NCBI GenBank assembly: GCA_032124015.1
Contig: JAQBEH010000057.1
Location: 3,584-67,583, forward strand
Length of the DNA stretch: 64,000 bases
Source of the DNA: Acidobacteriota bacterium
GTDB lineage: Bacteria; Acidobacteriota; Polarisedimenticolia; Polarisedimenticolales; DASRJG01
Direction of reading: 5' to 3'
Shown: positions 48,014 through 57,334 of the stretch, piece after piece
How the letters are laid out: each line of letters starts with the position of its first letter
How positions within the stretch are numbered: the stretch's first letter is position 1
The notes under the pieces: generated by a model
The model's input: only the letters and a program-made list of their open reading frames with translations
Told to the model about the DNA's origin: nothing
Database searches by the model: none
Translations under genes and position numbers: made by a program

Positions 48014-50249
48014 CGCTTCCTCCGGTCTGCAAAGGCGCCTCGGCTCGCGCCACGCCCGGCGTCTCGTCGCCGGGGATCTCGATGATGAACCTCGCCCCGC
48101 CGCCGGTGTTGTCCTCGACGCGTATCGTCCCTAGGTGCTCGACGACGATGCGCTGAACGATGGCGAGTCCGAGTCCGGTCCCCCGCGGTTTCGTGGAGAA
48201 ATAGGGCGTGAACACTTTCTCGCGGTGCGCCGCCTCGATTCCCGGCCCGCTGTCGGCCACCTCAACGCACAGCGACCCCGGCCCGGCCCAAGCGCGCGCC
48301 ACGATCCCGATAGTCCCGACACCGTGGACGGCCGCGACGGCGTTGTCGATCAGGTTGATAAGCGCCCGGCGCATCTGGTCCGCGTCGACGCGCACCACCC
48401 CCAAGGCGCCGTCGATGCGGACGTCCCAGGCCACGCCCGGGTGCACGCCGTAGAGCGCCACCACCGACCGGACGATCTCGCCGAAGTCCACCCGCGCGGG
48501 AGCGGGCGCGGGCATGCGGGCGTAGAGGGAGAACTCGTCGACGAGCGATTTGAGGCCCATCACCTCCCGCTCGATCGTCGCGGTCGCGTCGAGCACGACT
48601 TCGCCGAGATCCGCAGCCCGCTCGTCCCATTTTTTCCTGAGACGCTGCGCCGCGAGTTGGATCGGCGTGAGCGGGTTCTTGATCTCGTGCGCGACCCGGC
48701 GCGCCACCTCGCGCCAAGCCGCCAAGCGCTGGGCCTCGAGAAGATCGGTGAGATCCTCGACCATCACGAGCGTTCCGAGATCTTTTTGCTGCGCGTTGCG
48801 CAGCGGCGACACGTGCACCGAAACCGAAATCGGCGTCCCGCCGCGATCGAGTACCAGCCCGCGCCGCACGTCGCGTCCGCCGCGCGACGTCGCATCGTCG
48901 AGGAGTCGCGCGAGGGGATCGAGGCCCGCGACCTCGAGGGCCGCCCGGAGATTTTCACCTGGCTTGACGGGGAGTCCCAGCATGGACAAGACCGCGGGGT
49001 TTGACGTGGTGACCTGGCCCTCGCGATCGAGGGACAAGACCGCGGTCCCGAGCTGCGCCACCAGGGTTTCGATGTATCGCCGCCTCTCGTCGAGCGCCTG
49101 GTTCGTGCGACGCAGATCCGCCGTACTGCGCGTGATCACCTCGCGGCTTTCCTGGAGCTGCCCCGCCATCTCGTTGAACGCGTCGACCAGTTGGCCGACT
49201 TCGTCGCCGACATGGGTGAGGACGCGCACGCCGAGATTTCCGGCGGAGATTTCCCGTGACGCCGCGGCCATCTGCTCGAGCGGAACGGTGATCCGGCGCG
49301 ACACGTAAAACCCGATCCACGACGACACGAAGACGATCGTGAGGCCGACGAGAGCGAGAATCGAGTAGTAGAGGCGCAACACCTCGCGCCGCTCGGCGCG
49401 GAGCTTGGCGGACTCACTGTCCGCGGCGTCGATCCTCTCCAGCAGGGTTTTGAGGTCCGACCGGACGACGACCCCGGCCACCGCGGCCCCGCGCCCCGGG
49501 GCGGTTGGATCCACCGGGGCCGAGCCGACCAGCAAGACGACCTCGCCGGCGGGCTCCTGCTCGAACACCGGAGTTCCGGTTCGCGCCGCCACCGCACCCA
49601 CGCGACGCACCGCACGGAGCACCACGTCCCTCGTCAGGCCGGTCGAGCCCGAGCCATCGGCGATGTCGGTGAAGGTGGCTTCGCCGTCGAGGACGAAGCC
49701 CGCCACTTCGAACCCCTCGCGTTGGCGCCACTGGATGGTGGCGACACGGAGGGCGTCGTCCGAGGCGGCCGGAGGAACTGAGGCCAGCTCCGCCGCCAAG
49801 AACCTGGCGTGATCGATCAGACGCAACTCTTCACGCCGCCCCGCGTCCTTGGCGATCTCCTTGGCCAGCCGGGAAACCTCCTCGACGGGCGCTTTGATCA
49901 GGTCCTCCACGGTCGTCTTGATGAAAGCCCCCGCACCGAATGACAGTAGGAACGCGGGGAGGAGCACGAGCGCGAGGAAGAAGAATACGAGCTTGGTCCG
50001 GAGCCGAGCGCCGAGCACGCCTCGCTTGCGATCGACGATCAGCCGGACGAGATTCCGGATGAGAATCCCGACAAAAGCCAGAGCGAGGACGATGATCGCG
50101 AGGGTCAACACGGTGAGGAGATACGGGCTCGCCGCGATCCTCGGGCCCGCCTCCGCGACGCGGATGCTCGACCGATAGAACACCCAGAGCCCGCCCAAGG
50201 AAAGGACGCCTAGGGCGCTCCACTGAATCGTGCGCCCGGCCCGACTCAA
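48003..50249 (-). CDS. NtrY-like sensor histidine kinase
   Basis: TM, HAMP and PAS regions, AWREVARRVAHEIKNPLTPIQL, N/G1/F/G2 boxes. Confidence 0.92.
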   Translation of the reverse strand: MSRAGRTIQWSALGVLSLGGLWVFYRSSIRVAEAGPRIAASPYLLTVLTLAIIVLALAFVGILIRNLVRLIVDRKRGVLGARLRTKLVFFFLALVLLPAFLLSFGAGAFIKTTVEDLIKAPVEEVSRLAKEIAKDAGRREELRLIDHARFLAAELASVPPAASDDALRVATIQWRQREGFEVAGFVLDGEATFTDIADGSGSTGLTRDVVLRAVRRVGAVAARTGTPVFEQEPAGEVVLLVGSAPVDPTAPGRGAAVAGVVVRSDLKTLLERIDAADSESAKLRAERREVLRLYYSILALVGLTIVFVSSWIGFYVSRRITVPLEQMAAASREISAGNLGVRVLTHVGDEVGQLVDAFNEMAGQLQESREVITRSTADLRRTNQALDERRRYIETLVAQLGTAVLSLDREGQVTTSNPAVLSMLGLPVKPGENLRAALEVAGLDPLARLLDDATSRGGRDVRRGLVLDRGGTPISVSVHVSPLRNAQQKDLGTLVMVEDLTDLLEAQRLAAWREVARRVAHEIKNPLTPIQLAAQRLRKKWDERAADLGEVVLDATATIEREVMGLKSLVDEFSLYARMPAPAPARVDFGEIVRSVVALYGVHPGVAWDVRIDGALGVVRVDADQMRRALINLIDNAVAAVHGVGTIGIVARAWAGPGSLCVEVADSGPGIEAAHREKVFTPYFSTKPRGTGLGLAIVQRIVVEHLGTIRVEDNTGGGARFIIEIPGDETPGVARAEAPLQTGGSDES

Positions 50250-50262
50250 TCGGTGATCCTCC

Positions 50263-51144
50263 TCACGGCGAGAGGCTCTCGTCCGCGGCGTCGGCCCAGG
50301 GCGCCAGGTACCAGGCGTGCTTGGCGTCGGCGATCGCGCGGGCTAAGCGTGCGTGAAGGTCATGACCGGCGCGGTAGGCGATGACGTGGCCGCGCAAAGG
50401 CCGCCCCAACAGCGAGAGATCGCCCGTGAGGTCGAGCATCTTGTGGCGCACGAACTCGTCCGCAAAGCGCAGCGTGGGGTTCAGGATCCCCGCCTTTCCG
50501 ATCACCACCGCGTTGTCGAGGGATCCCCCCTGGGCGAGTCCGCGCTCCCTGAGCGCCGCGATCTCATGCTCGAACGTGAACGTTCTCGCGGGCGCGAGTT
50601 TCTCCGCGAACTGATCGGCCCGCCACAACGACGCCGTGAGCTCTTGGTATCCCAGGGCCGGGTGATCGAAGTCGATCGCGTAGGTGACGCGGTACTCCGA
50701 GCAGGGATGCACCGAGATTCGCTTGTCCTCGTGCGTGACGGTCACAGGCTTGGTGATGTGAAGATACTCACGGACGGCGTCGTGTTCCTTGAACCCGGCC
50801 GCGAGGATCCCCTCGACGAACGGCTTCGCCGAGCCGTCCAGGATCGGCGCCTCGGCGGCGTCGAGCTCGATGTCGAGGTCGTCGACCTGCATCGCGTACA
50901 GCGCCGCCATCAGGTGTTCGATCGTGCTCACGGTGGCGCCGTCTTTTTTGAGCACCGTGGCGTAAAAGCTCGGTCCGGCGTTTTCGATGAGCGCGGGGAT
51001 TCTGAGCGCGCCGATATCGGCGCGCACGAAGACAATCCCCGAATGCGGCGGCGCGGGACGAAGGCGCAGGCGCACGGGGGCGCCGCTGTGAAGTCCGACT
51101 CCCTCGATGACCCACTCCGAAGCGAGGGTTCGTCTCTTTTTCAT
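50263..51144 (-). CDS. lpxC: UDP-3-O-acyl-GlcNAc deacetylase
   Basis: GVGLHSG, TIEHLMAAL, APARTF, RHKMLD. Confidence 0.96.
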   Translation of the reverse strand: MKKRRTLASEWVIEGVGLHSGAPVRLRLRPAPPHSGIVFVRADIGALRIPALIENAGPSFYATVLKKDGATVSTIEHLMAALYAMQVDDLDIELDAAEAPILDGSAKPFVEGILAAGFKEHDAVREYLHITKPVTVTHEDKRISVHPCSEYRVTYAIDFDHPALGYQELTASLWRADQFAEKLAPARTFTFEHEIAALRERGLAQGGSLDNAVVIGKAGILNPTLRFADEFVRHKMLDLTGDLSLLGRPLRGHVIAYRAGHDLHARLARAIADAKHAWYLAPWADAADESLSP

Positions 51145-51226
51145 CGGCGCTCCGTTGACCGCATCGTCTCCAACATGGTACAAGAGTCCACTGCCCGGGG
51201 AGGCCTGAGCCCGGGTTCAATAAACA

Positions 51227-52144
51227 TTGAGCTGCGACGACCATACGCCCCGCTCCGAGCCGCCGCGCCGGCGCTCAGGACAGCGTACGCCTCGCCGCCT
51301 GAAAAAAGCGGCCGGCGGGCCGGCGTCCTCCGACACGCCCGCAGCGACCGGCAAGGCCGCCCTATTTCTCGAGGAGGGTGTTGGCCGCTTCTCGGGCGGC
51401 GACGTCCAGGGCGCGATCGCGGCGTGGACGGAGGCGGTCTTTCTGGATCCGACGCTCGCGGAGGCCTGGTTCGATCTCGGCACGGCGTATGCCGAAATCA
51501 GCAACCTCGACGAGTCGACTCGATGCTACCGTTCGGCCGTCGCCCTCCAGCCGGAAGTCCATCAGTCCTGGTACAACCTCGGCTTCACGTGCGCCGGGCG
51601 GGGAGATCTGGTCGCAGCAGCCGACGCCTACGGCCGCGCCGCCGCGCTCAACCCGAGCGACTACGAGACCTGGTACAACCTCGGGAACGCGTTTCTCGAC
51701 CTGGGACGCCTCGAGGAGGCGGCCGCCGCGTACAAGACGGCCCTTGCCCACAACAACGGCGATTACGACGTCTGGAACAACCTCGGCAACGCGCTCGTCC
51801 AGTTGGAGCGGATCTCTGAGGCGATCGAGTGTTTTCGCCGCGCGCTCGCACTCAACCCGGCCTACGACCTGAGTTGGAACAACCTCGGCAACGTGCTCGA
51901 AGAACTCGGTGCCATGGTCGAAGCCCAGGCGGCCTACGAGAGAGCGGTCGAACTGGTTCCGGACCACGCGACCTATCGGCTGAACCTCGCTTCGGTGCTC
52001 GCGCGCGGGAGCGAGGACAACCGTGCGATTGAGCATCTGGCGCGCGCCCTCGAACTCGCCCCGGAGATTCGCAGCCTCCTCCCGGGATTTGCGGAATTCC
52101 AGACGCTGCTCGATAGTCCTCTTCTTCTGACGGCCGACGACTAG
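51227..52144 (+). CDS. TPR-repeat protein
   Basis: About 7 regular 34-aa repeats (WYNLG, WNNLGNAL). Start is uncertain. Confidence 0.85.
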   Translation: MSCDDHTPRSEPPRRRSGQRTPRRLKKAAGGPASSDTPAATGKAALFLEEGVGRFSGGDVQGAIAAWTEAVFLDPTLAEAWFDLGTAYAEISNLDESTRCYRSAVALQPEVHQSWYNLGFTCAGRGDLVAAADAYGRAAALNPSDYETWYNLGNAFLDLGRLEEAAAAYKTALAHNNGDYDVWNNLGNALVQLERISEAIECFRRALALNPAYDLSWNNLGNVLEELGAMVEAQAAYERAVELVPDHATYRLNLASVLARGSEDNRAIEHLARALELAPEIRSLLPGFAEFQTLLDSPLLLTADD

Positions 52145-52174
52145 CGGGTGACCGCCCGCCCGAGGTAACCGACC

Positions 52175-53083
52175 ATGAGCCGCGAAACCGCGACGCTTGA
52201 AACGCTCGATCGCAGGATCGCCGAGCTGGCGAGCTTCCTCTCGCCATCCGAGATCTTCAGAGCCTTGCTGGAGGGTACCGGCGTCGGGGCCCCGCGTGCC
52301 GCCGTATTCCTCCTGCGAGGCGGGCGATTCAAGGGCTGGAGTTCGATCGGCTACTCGGCGAAGGTGGCGCAATCCCTGCGGCAGACGACCGCCCCCGCGG
52401 ATTCCGGCTGGTTGGCGTCGTTGGCCGGCGAAGAAGACGTGCGATGGCGTTCGCTCGCGGCCGGCGAGAGCGTTCCGGAATTCGGGCAACCGCAAGGCGC
52501 CGAAGCGGTCGGGCTGCCGGTTCGGGTCGGAGGCAAAGCGGTCGCGATCCTCGTCGCCGAACGCCACGTCGCCGAAGAGCCATGGTCGCCCGCGGCGTTG
52601 GCGATTCTCTGCCAGGCCGCGAGGCTACGGCTCGAGCTCGATCTCGCTTGGCGCCGTCTCAAGACTCAGGCGTCCCCGGCGACCGACGCGGGGTCCCCCG
52701 CGCCGAAGACGGCCGGGGGGAGTTCGATGGCAAGCGAAGCCGGAGCGGCCCCGTCCGCCACGCCGGCCGCGACTGCGACTGCCGCTGCGACCGAGATCGA
52801 GCCCTGGAGTGGGGTGGCCCCGGGCACGGCCGAGGCCGATCCGCGCCGAGAAGAGGCGCGCCGTTATGCTCGTCTGGTTGCCACCGACATCCGTCTTTAC
52901 AACGAGGAGGCGGTCGTCGTTGGAAGGCGCGAACGCGATCTGGCCCGCCGTCTCGGCGAGCAGTTCCAACGAGGCCGTGAAGCATTTTCCCACCGCTTCC
53001 CGGATTTCGGCCCCGACGGGATGAAGTTGCTCGACGATGCATACGTGCAAATCCTCGCGGGAGGCGACTCGTCGCTGATCTAG
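52175..53083 (+). CDS. Hypothetical protein with GAF-like domain and conserved C-terminal helical domain
   Basis: GAGG RBS; GLPVRVGGKAVAILVAE GAF-like strands; C-terminal EARRYARLVATDIRLYN. Confidence 0.7.
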   Translation: MSRETATLETLDRRIAELASFLSPSEIFRALLEGTGVGAPRAAVFLLRGGRFKGWSSIGYSAKVAQSLRQTTAPADSGWLASLAGEEDVRWRSLAAGESVPEFGQPQGAEAVGLPVRVGGKAVAILVAERHVAEEPWSPAALAILCQAARLRLELDLAWRRLKTQASPATDAGSPAPKTAGGSSMASEAGAAPSATPAATATAAATEIEPWSGVAPGTAEADPRREEARRYARLVATDIRLYNEEAVVVGRRERDLARRLGEQFQRGREAFSHRFPDFGPDGMKLLDDAYVQILAGGDSSLI

Positions 53084-53115
53084 AAGGCCATCGCCGTTCC
53101 GGCGCCGGACACCGC

Positions 53116-55272
53116 ATGCGTCGCACTGTCGCCATCACCGCCGCGCTGCTCGTGCTCGCCTTAGCGGCGATCGGTGCGGTCTGGTTCGCAAAACGCACGG
53201 TCCGTTGGAACGACGCCCGCACGATGCCGCCGCCGCTTACGGCCGCCGTGCGCGCCTACGCCAAGGGCGACACCGTCGCCGGGCTCGCATCGGTCCGCGA
53301 GTTCCTGAGACGATATCGAGCCCCGGCCTGGGAGGCTCGCGCGCGAGTCCTGGCCGCGACGCATCTGACACGCGACGGACGGGATCGCGAGATCCTCGAC
53401 GTCCTTCCGAAAGATCTCGCGACGGACGACCCGCTCGCGGAGCACGCCATGCTCCTTCGGGCGCGCAGCTGGTTCGCACGCGGCGCTAACGATCGAGCCG
53501 CGGACCTGGCCGCTCGCGCGGCATCGTCACCCGGTTTTCCGGCGGCCGGGGAAGCGTACCTGACCCAAGCGCATGCGCTCGAGGCGCAAGGAGCCTGGGC
53601 CCAAGCGCTGCTCGCCCTCGACGCGGCGGACAGCGCAACGGCCACGATCGAGGCAGGCCGGATCGCCGCGAGGCACGGAGAGCGTGAGGGCGCCCGTCGC
53701 CGTGTCGTCGGCGCTCTCCTCGGAGCGACAGGAACGAACGACGTGGACCGGCTGAAAGAAGCCGTCGAGGAACTGTTCCCCGACCCGAGCACGCGCCTGA
53801 CGTCCTCGGAACGTCCGCGGCTCGCGGAGCGCGCTCGGTACTGGCTCGAAGAGGGCCGCGCGAAGACCTCCCTCGACCTTCTGCGTCTCGTCCGTCCTGC
53901 GTCCGCGCCGTCGGCGGCGACGCCTGCCGAGGCCCTGGTCGAAGCGGAGGCGTTGCTCAAACTCGGGCGCATCACGGAGATGGGGACGTTTCTCGTCCGT
54001 GCCCGCCAGGCCGGTGCGGGTTCCCATGACGGCTCACGTTATCTCGAGGCCCGCCGCGCAGCGGCAACGGGGAATCTGGCCGCCTATCGGGCCGGGATCA
54101 ATGCGGTCTCGCGTCGCGCCGCCTCACCCTGGCGAGAGCGCGCCCTTCTCGACATCGCTCGGGCCGGCGAAGGCGTGCCGGACGCCAGGACGCTTCGGGC
54201 GTACGAGCGCTACCGACTCGCCGCGGGCGAGCGCGCCGATTCCTTGGCGCTGCTACGCGAGGGTTGGGCGGCCTACGACCTCGGGCGGTTTGCGGAGGCG
54301 GATGCCGCGTTCGCCCGGACCCTGGCGCGCCCCGATGCGCCCGATGGCGTAAGAGTCACGGCGACGTATTGGAGGGCGCGTCTCGCCGACGCCGCGGGTC
54401 GCTCTTCTGAGGCACGCGAGAGCTACGCCACGATCGCCGAGACGTTCGGGAATCACTACTACGGCGCCCTCGCGGCGAAACGGCTGGGACGTCCACTCCC
54501 CACGGCGCCCGCCGCTGCTCCGCGCATCGACGATCTTCCGGCGCTTCCGGATGCCGGACGATGGCTTGCGGCGGCCCGCGCCTTCGTTTCGGTCGGTCTT
54601 TGGGACGAGGCGGCCCCCTTCTATCGCCTAGCGGTCCGAGGCGCCGGTGCCCTCGGCCCCGCGGTGGCTCTCGAAGCCGCGGACTGCGCTCGCGACGCGG
54701 CCGCCCTGTCCGAGGCCATCGGCTTCGCGCAAGTCGCAACGGGCGATCGCGATCGCACGCCCGTCCAGGAGATCCCCCGCGGCTTGTGGCAGCTTCTCTA
54801 CCCGGCATCGTTTTCCGAGGCCGTGACCCGCGCCGCCCGCGGGACCGGGCTCGATCCGAACCTCGCCGCGTCGGTCGCCCTGCAGGAGAGTGCGTTCAAC
54901 CCTCTCGCCGTCTCGTCGGCGGGGGCGCGCGGGCTGCTTCAAGTCATGCCGGCGGTCGGCGCGGAATTGGCGCGAGCAGCGGGGCTGCAACGGTTTGAGC
55001 CTTCCGACCTGTTCGACCCGGAGACAAACGTCACGCTCGGATGCAAGCACCTCGCCGAGTATCGGCGCCGGTTCGGTTCGATCCCGAAGGCGCTTGCCGC
55101 GTACAACGGAGGCCCCTCACGGGTCGAGCGCTGGAGCCCTTCGAATCGCCTGGACGACGAGCGCTTCGTGGAACGAATCCCGATTCCCGAAACGCGCCTC
55201 TACGTCAAACGCGTTCTCACGGGGGCGCGCATGTACGCCATCGCCTGGCCCGACGGCCTCGGCACCGAGTAG
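53116..55272 (+). CDS. slt: Soluble lytic transglycosylase (Slt70-like)
   Basis: TPR-like helices, QESAF, GARGLLQVMP, AAYNGG, ETRLYV. Confidence 0.9.
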   Translation: MRRTVAITAALLVLALAAIGAVWFAKRTVRWNDARTMPPPLTAAVRAYAKGDTVAGLASVREFLRRYRAPAWEARARVLAATHLTRDGRDREILDVLPKDLATDDPLAEHAMLLRARSWFARGANDRAADLAARAASSPGFPAAGEAYLTQAHALEAQGAWAQALLALDAADSATATIEAGRIAARHGEREGARRRVVGALLGATGTNDVDRLKEAVEELFPDPSTRLTSSERPRLAERARYWLEEGRAKTSLDLLRLVRPASAPSAATPAEALVEAEALLKLGRITEMGTFLVRARQAGAGSHDGSRYLEARRAAATGNLAAYRAGINAVSRRAASPWRERALLDIARAGEGVPDARTLRAYERYRLAAGERADSLALLREGWAAYDLGRFAEADAAFARTLARPDAPDGVRVTATYWRARLADAAGRSSEARESYATIAETFGNHYYGALAAKRLGRPLPTAPAAAPRIDDLPALPDAGRWLAAARAFVSVGLWDEAAPFYRLAVRGAGALGPAVALEAADCARDAAALSEAIGFAQVATGDRDRTPVQEIPRGLWQLLYPASFSEAVTRAARGTGLDPNLAASVALQESAFNPLAVSSAGARGLLQVMPAVGAELARAAGLQRFEPSDLFDPETNVTLGCKHLAEYRRRFGSIPKALAAYNGGPSRVERWSPSNRLDDERFVERIPIPETRLYVKRVLTGARMYAIAWPDGLGTE

Positions 55273-55294
55273 AAATGGGATCGAGAGTCCGCCT

Positions 55295-56122
55295 TCACTC
55301 GGCGGCCACCGTCGCCTCCGGATCGAGCACGCCCGTAAAGACGAAGCGCGCGTCCCCGATCAATCGCGCGCACGCGGGACGCGCCGGTTCGCCCGGGAGC
55401 ATCACGGTGAGCATCGCACCGCTGCGCGGCACGACGACGACCCTCTCCGGCGCCCCGGCCAGTCGTGCGGCGAATGCCACCGCAACAGCCCCAGTGCCGC
55501 ACGACAACGTCTCGTTTTCGACGCCGCGCTCCCACGTGCGGACATGAACGCGTCCGCCCGGATCGGTCTCGATGAGATTCACGTTGGCGCCCGATGGGCC
55601 GAGGGCCCGATGACGGCGTAGCGACGGGCCGACGGTTGGGAGCGGATAACCGGCCAGTCCCACGACGGGGAAAACGACGTGCGGGACCCCCGCCACGACC
55701 CACCGGCCGCGAAACGTCGTGGCGGCATCTTCGAGAACGATTTCGCCCAGGTCCTCGGGAGGGGGCAACGAGAGGCTCACGACGGGGCCGTCGACGACGG
55801 CTCGGACCTCACCCACCGAAGTCAGGAGCGTCATCGCGCCTGTCGCCAAGTCATGCGTCGCGGCGTAGCGCGCGGCGCAGCGGCTTCCGTTTCCGCAAAA
55901 CGCCTCGCCGCCATCGGGGTTGAAAAACACCAGCCGCACGCGACCGGGCCCATGCGCTGAGACGACGAGCACTCCGTCCGCGCCGACCGACAACCCGCGA
56001 CGGCACACCGCACGCACCCACGCGGCGCGGTCACCCGGAAGCGCCTCCCAGGCGCGCGCATCGAGGACCACGAAGTCGTTCCCGGCTCCGGACATTTTCG
56101 TGAAAGGTACACGGACGCTCAT
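55295..56122 (-). CDS. dapF: Diaminopimelate epimerase
   Basis: KMSGAGNDF, CGNGSRC, ERGVENETLSCGTG. Confidence 0.95.
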   Translation of the reverse strand: MSVRVPFTKMSGAGNDFVVLDARAWEALPGDRAAWVRAVCRRGLSVGADGVLVVSAHGPGRVRLVFFNPDGGEAFCGNGSRCAARYAATHDLATGAMTLLTSVGEVRAVVDGPVVSLSLPPPEDLGEIVLEDAATTFRGRWVVAGVPHVVFPVVGLAGYPLPTVGPSLRRHRALGPSGANVNLIETDPGGRVHVRTWERGVENETLSCGTGAVAVAFAARLAGAPERVVVVPRSGAMLTVMLPGEPARPACARLIGDARFVFTGVLDPEATVAAE

Positions 56123-57192
56123 CGATCCCCCGGTGCCGTTCCCGGATCGGCGGCGACGCGCACCTCCACCTCGGCCGACGGGCCGCTCTCGTTCGGCACG
56201 TCCGCGCGATCGATCGCAGTAACGCGGTAGCGCACGACCGTCCCCGGGGCCACCCCGGCGTCGAGGAACGAAGGCTGCCGCACGATCGCATCGCCGATGG
56301 GCGCGAAGCCCCCATCGCCCGACTGCCGGTAGACCCGGTAGCCATCGATGTCGTTTTCCGGGCCCGGATTCCAAAACAGACGAACGGCGCTCCCTTCCTG
56401 CACCGCCACAAGCCCGGAAGGCGGCCCCGGCGCGAAGCGATCGGAGGCATTGACCACCACCACGTTCGTCGAAACACTCTCGCGGTAAGGAGGGCCTTCC
56501 GCGGCAACCGCGCGCACCACGTAACGGTAGGTCTTGCCGGCTTCAACGGTCGTGTCGAAGTCGTCCGGCGTGGTGAGTGGCTGCACGTTGAGCGGGCGCT
56601 CGGAGAGATTCCCGTCGGAAGGCCCACGATAGACGTTGTAGGTCGCGTCGGTCGCGCCCTCGGCGGCTTCCCACTTCAGCCGGACTCCGTCGGCGCTCGC
56701 CTGCCCGGTAAGAGCGCGCGGAGCGGCGGCCGGATTCACCGTGGTCAGGTCCTTGGCGACCACGAGCGGCGAAGGACGCCCCCGCCGGTCGCGCACACGC
56801 ACGCCGTACCGCAGGGTCCAACCGATCCCGTGGTCGGCGAGCGCGGACACCGAGGGATCGAAGAGCACGATGCGATCTCCCGACTTTCCGTAGGCGGCCT
56901 CGACGGTCAACACCACGTCGCCACGCACACGAATGGCGTCAGGCTCCTCCGGAGGTGTGCGCCCGGGCGGGTACGCGACACGCAGAATTTCTGTCGTTTG
57001 GACCGCCTGCGAGGGACCGCCGCCGCGCGGCTCGGGAACTGTCAAGGCGATTTCGACGCGATCGCCGATCTGGCGCGCCTCGACGGCGGACGCCGGCAAC
57101 GGACCCCGTGGCGCGGGAGGCTGCAGCGGGCCGATTTTCCCGCACGCCAGCGCGAACACCGCCCCGCTCATCATCAAGATCGATTTCCGCAT
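56119..57192 (-). CDS. Lipoprotein with LptM/YifL-like N-terminus and fibronectin type III domains
   Basis: Lipobox ALAC followed by GKIGPLQPP; FN3 signatures (LKW...YNVYR...YRYVVRAV; LFW...GYRVYR...YRVTAID). Confidence 0.8.
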   Translation of the reverse strand: MRKSILMMSGAVFALACGKIGPLQPPAPRGPLPASAVEARQIGDRVEIALTVPEPRGGGPSQAVQTTEILRVAYPPGRTPPEEPDAIRVRGDVVLTVEAAYGKSGDRIVLFDPSVSALADHGIGWTLRYGVRVRDRRGRPSPLVVAKDLTTVNPAAAPRALTGQASADGVRLKWEAAEGATDATYNVYRGPSDGNLSERPLNVQPLTTPDDFDTTVEAGKTYRYVVRAVAAEGPPYRESVSTNVVVVNASDRFAPGPPSGLVAVQEGSAVRLFWNPGPENDIDGYRVYRQSGDGGFAPIGDAIVRQPSFLDAGVAPGTVVRYRVTAIDRADVPNESGPSAEVEVRVAADPGTAPGDR

Positions 57193-57334
57193 CGTTAGTT
57201 TGCGCTCCGTCACGAGGCCCTCCGGATGCCCGCAGTGTAGCCCGTGCTCCTCGAACGTGTTGCATACTGGCGCTCTCGCATTCGCCGGTCGACGGAGCAG
57301 CCCGCGACGATCGAACCGGTGCCGAGGACCCGCC

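Noticed and set aside
51195-51260. Short resemblance to 6S RNA words (CCTGAGCC, CTGCGACGAC)
   Set aside because: The order and spacing do not fit 6S, and there is no room for a long rod with a central bubble.
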